Shown: positions 63,097 to 64,000 of the stretch, in pieces
Numbering within the stretch: the stretch's first letter is position 1
Layout of the letters: each line of letters opens with the position of its first letter
Assembly (NCBI GenBank): GCA_039545335.1
Contig: BCIN01000008.1
Coordinates: forward strand, 817,528 to 881,527
DNA length: 64,000 nucleotides
Reading direction: 5' to 3'
DNA from: Kondoa subrosea
Lineage: Eukaryota
Notes under the pieces: model-generated
The model's database searches: none
What the model was told of the DNA's origin: nothing
The model's input: only the letters and a program-made list of their open reading frames with translations
Program-made: the position numbers and the translations under genes

Positions 63097-64000
63097 ATGG
63101 CTCAAACACCAAGAGCAAATCCAGGTCAGTACTTAGTTCCTATCAGTCAGTTGAATTCAGCAGCTCATCCCATTGTAGGCTCTGGCTTGCTGTCTCTACC
63201 TCCAGAAACTCTAGAGCAGATTCTCCTTCTTCTCGATTCCTCAGAAGTCTACCCCTGTCTTCTCGTTTGCAAGCATCTGTACAAAATTGCAGTCGCTAAA
63301 CCACTTCATCATCGTCTGGAAATCTATTCTACGGCATCGCTACTTCCGTGCTTACGGCATCTGCTGCATTCGCCAAAATATAGGGACCTGGTCAAGATCC
63401 TGGATATTTCACTGCCGTTTCGGTCTTCAGCTTACAGTCAAGATGCCATGGCAATTTTGCAAATAGCATTGATTGAAATCTTACCGAATCTTGGAACTTT
63501 GATACACCCAATAGTAGCAACATCTAAAGACCTTGTGATCGAATTCGTCAACAGCATTATATCTTGCACCACGAAATTGGCTCATCTACGTCTCGACTGG
63601 GATAACGACCTTCTGGAACTCGAGACAATAGCAAAGATAGTCAAATGCAGCAAAGACCTAACTTCACTAAATCTAGTATACTCAGATGTATTCAATGCGG
63701 CATTGGGACTGGAATTCGGTCTAATGTCGTCTTTAAGGGAGGTTACCTTCGACCACCTGGAATTTCAGCAATCGGAATTTGAAGCGTTGGCGTACACATT
63801 CGGCACCTGCAACCTGATTAGCCTGCACTTTATCGAATGCATTAATCTGCCAAATACGACTTTGGCACTATTCGCTACATATTGTCCACAACTGCAGCAT
63901 ATAACTATGCTCGCCAACAAGCACCGCGAACCGTCAGCACCGCGAAAAGGCGCACTCTCCGCTTTCCCAAAGTTACGATCCTTGGCTTTCGATAAAAACA
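63097..64000 (+). CDS. F-box / leucine-rich protein, paralog 3 (runs off the window end)
   Basis: MAQTPRANP|GSGLLSLPPETLEQILLLLDSSEVYPCLLVCKHL...PLHHRLEI, LPNLGTL, TKLAHLRL and YCPQLQHI. Absent from the ORF track because it has no stop in the window. Confidence 0.78.
   Translation, partial: MAQTPRANPGQYLVPISQLNSAAHPIVGSGLLSLPPETLEQILLLLDSSEVYPCLLVCKHLYKIAVAKPLHHRLEIYSTASLLPCLRHLLHSPKYRDLVKILDISLPFRSSAYSQDAMAILQIALIEILPNLGTLIHPIVATSKDLVIEFVNSIISCTTKLAHLRLDWDNDLLELETIAKIVKCSKDLTSLNLVYSDVFNAALGLEFGLMSSLREVTFDHLEFQQSEFEALAYTFGTCNLISLHFIECINLPNTTLALFATYCPQLQHITMLANKHREPSAPRKGALSAFPKLRSLAFDKN

Noticed and set aside
1..64000. Prokaryotic-type systems (CRISPR, operons, defence islands), transposons, tRNA and rRNA genes
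   Set aside because: The sequence is spliceosomal-intron-rich eukaryotic DNA. I recognised no repeat-spacer array, transposase or RT motif, terminal repeat or cloverleaf by eye.

Overview
This is compact, intron-rich eukaryotic DNA. Introns are mostly about 45-65 nt, GT-AG, with CTRAY-type branch points. It is clearly fungal, and gene content and architecture suggest a basidiomycete (inference). I reconstructed about 30 protein-coding genes by splicing exons by eye. Housekeeping genes: CAC2, a BET1-like SNARE, TBCA, CFT2/CPSF100, CCDC47, EF-1beta, MED11, KCS1, VPS5, TSC10, an aldo-keto reductase, an acyltransferase, a USP protein, an HSP20-like protein and a bHLH factor. Other content: a giant triple-START membrane-anchored protein, four MYND-finger genes, a tandem F-box/LRR-like array and a secreted-protein block at 20-29 kb. 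The main observations are: (1) a secreted Cys-rich protein built from alternating one-exon-per-module A/B repeats with symmetric phase-2 exons, which also carries nearly all ambiguous bases in the window; (2) an EF-1beta gene that hosts a U18/snR18 snoRNA and appears to need a non-canonical CT-AG intron as well as a GC-AG intron; (3) a PRAS40/S40-like motif protein; (4) recurring C-rich to G-rich skew switches around AT-rich cores. I recognised no tRNA, rRNA, transposon or CRISPR array. All gene models are manual and unverified by RNA data.
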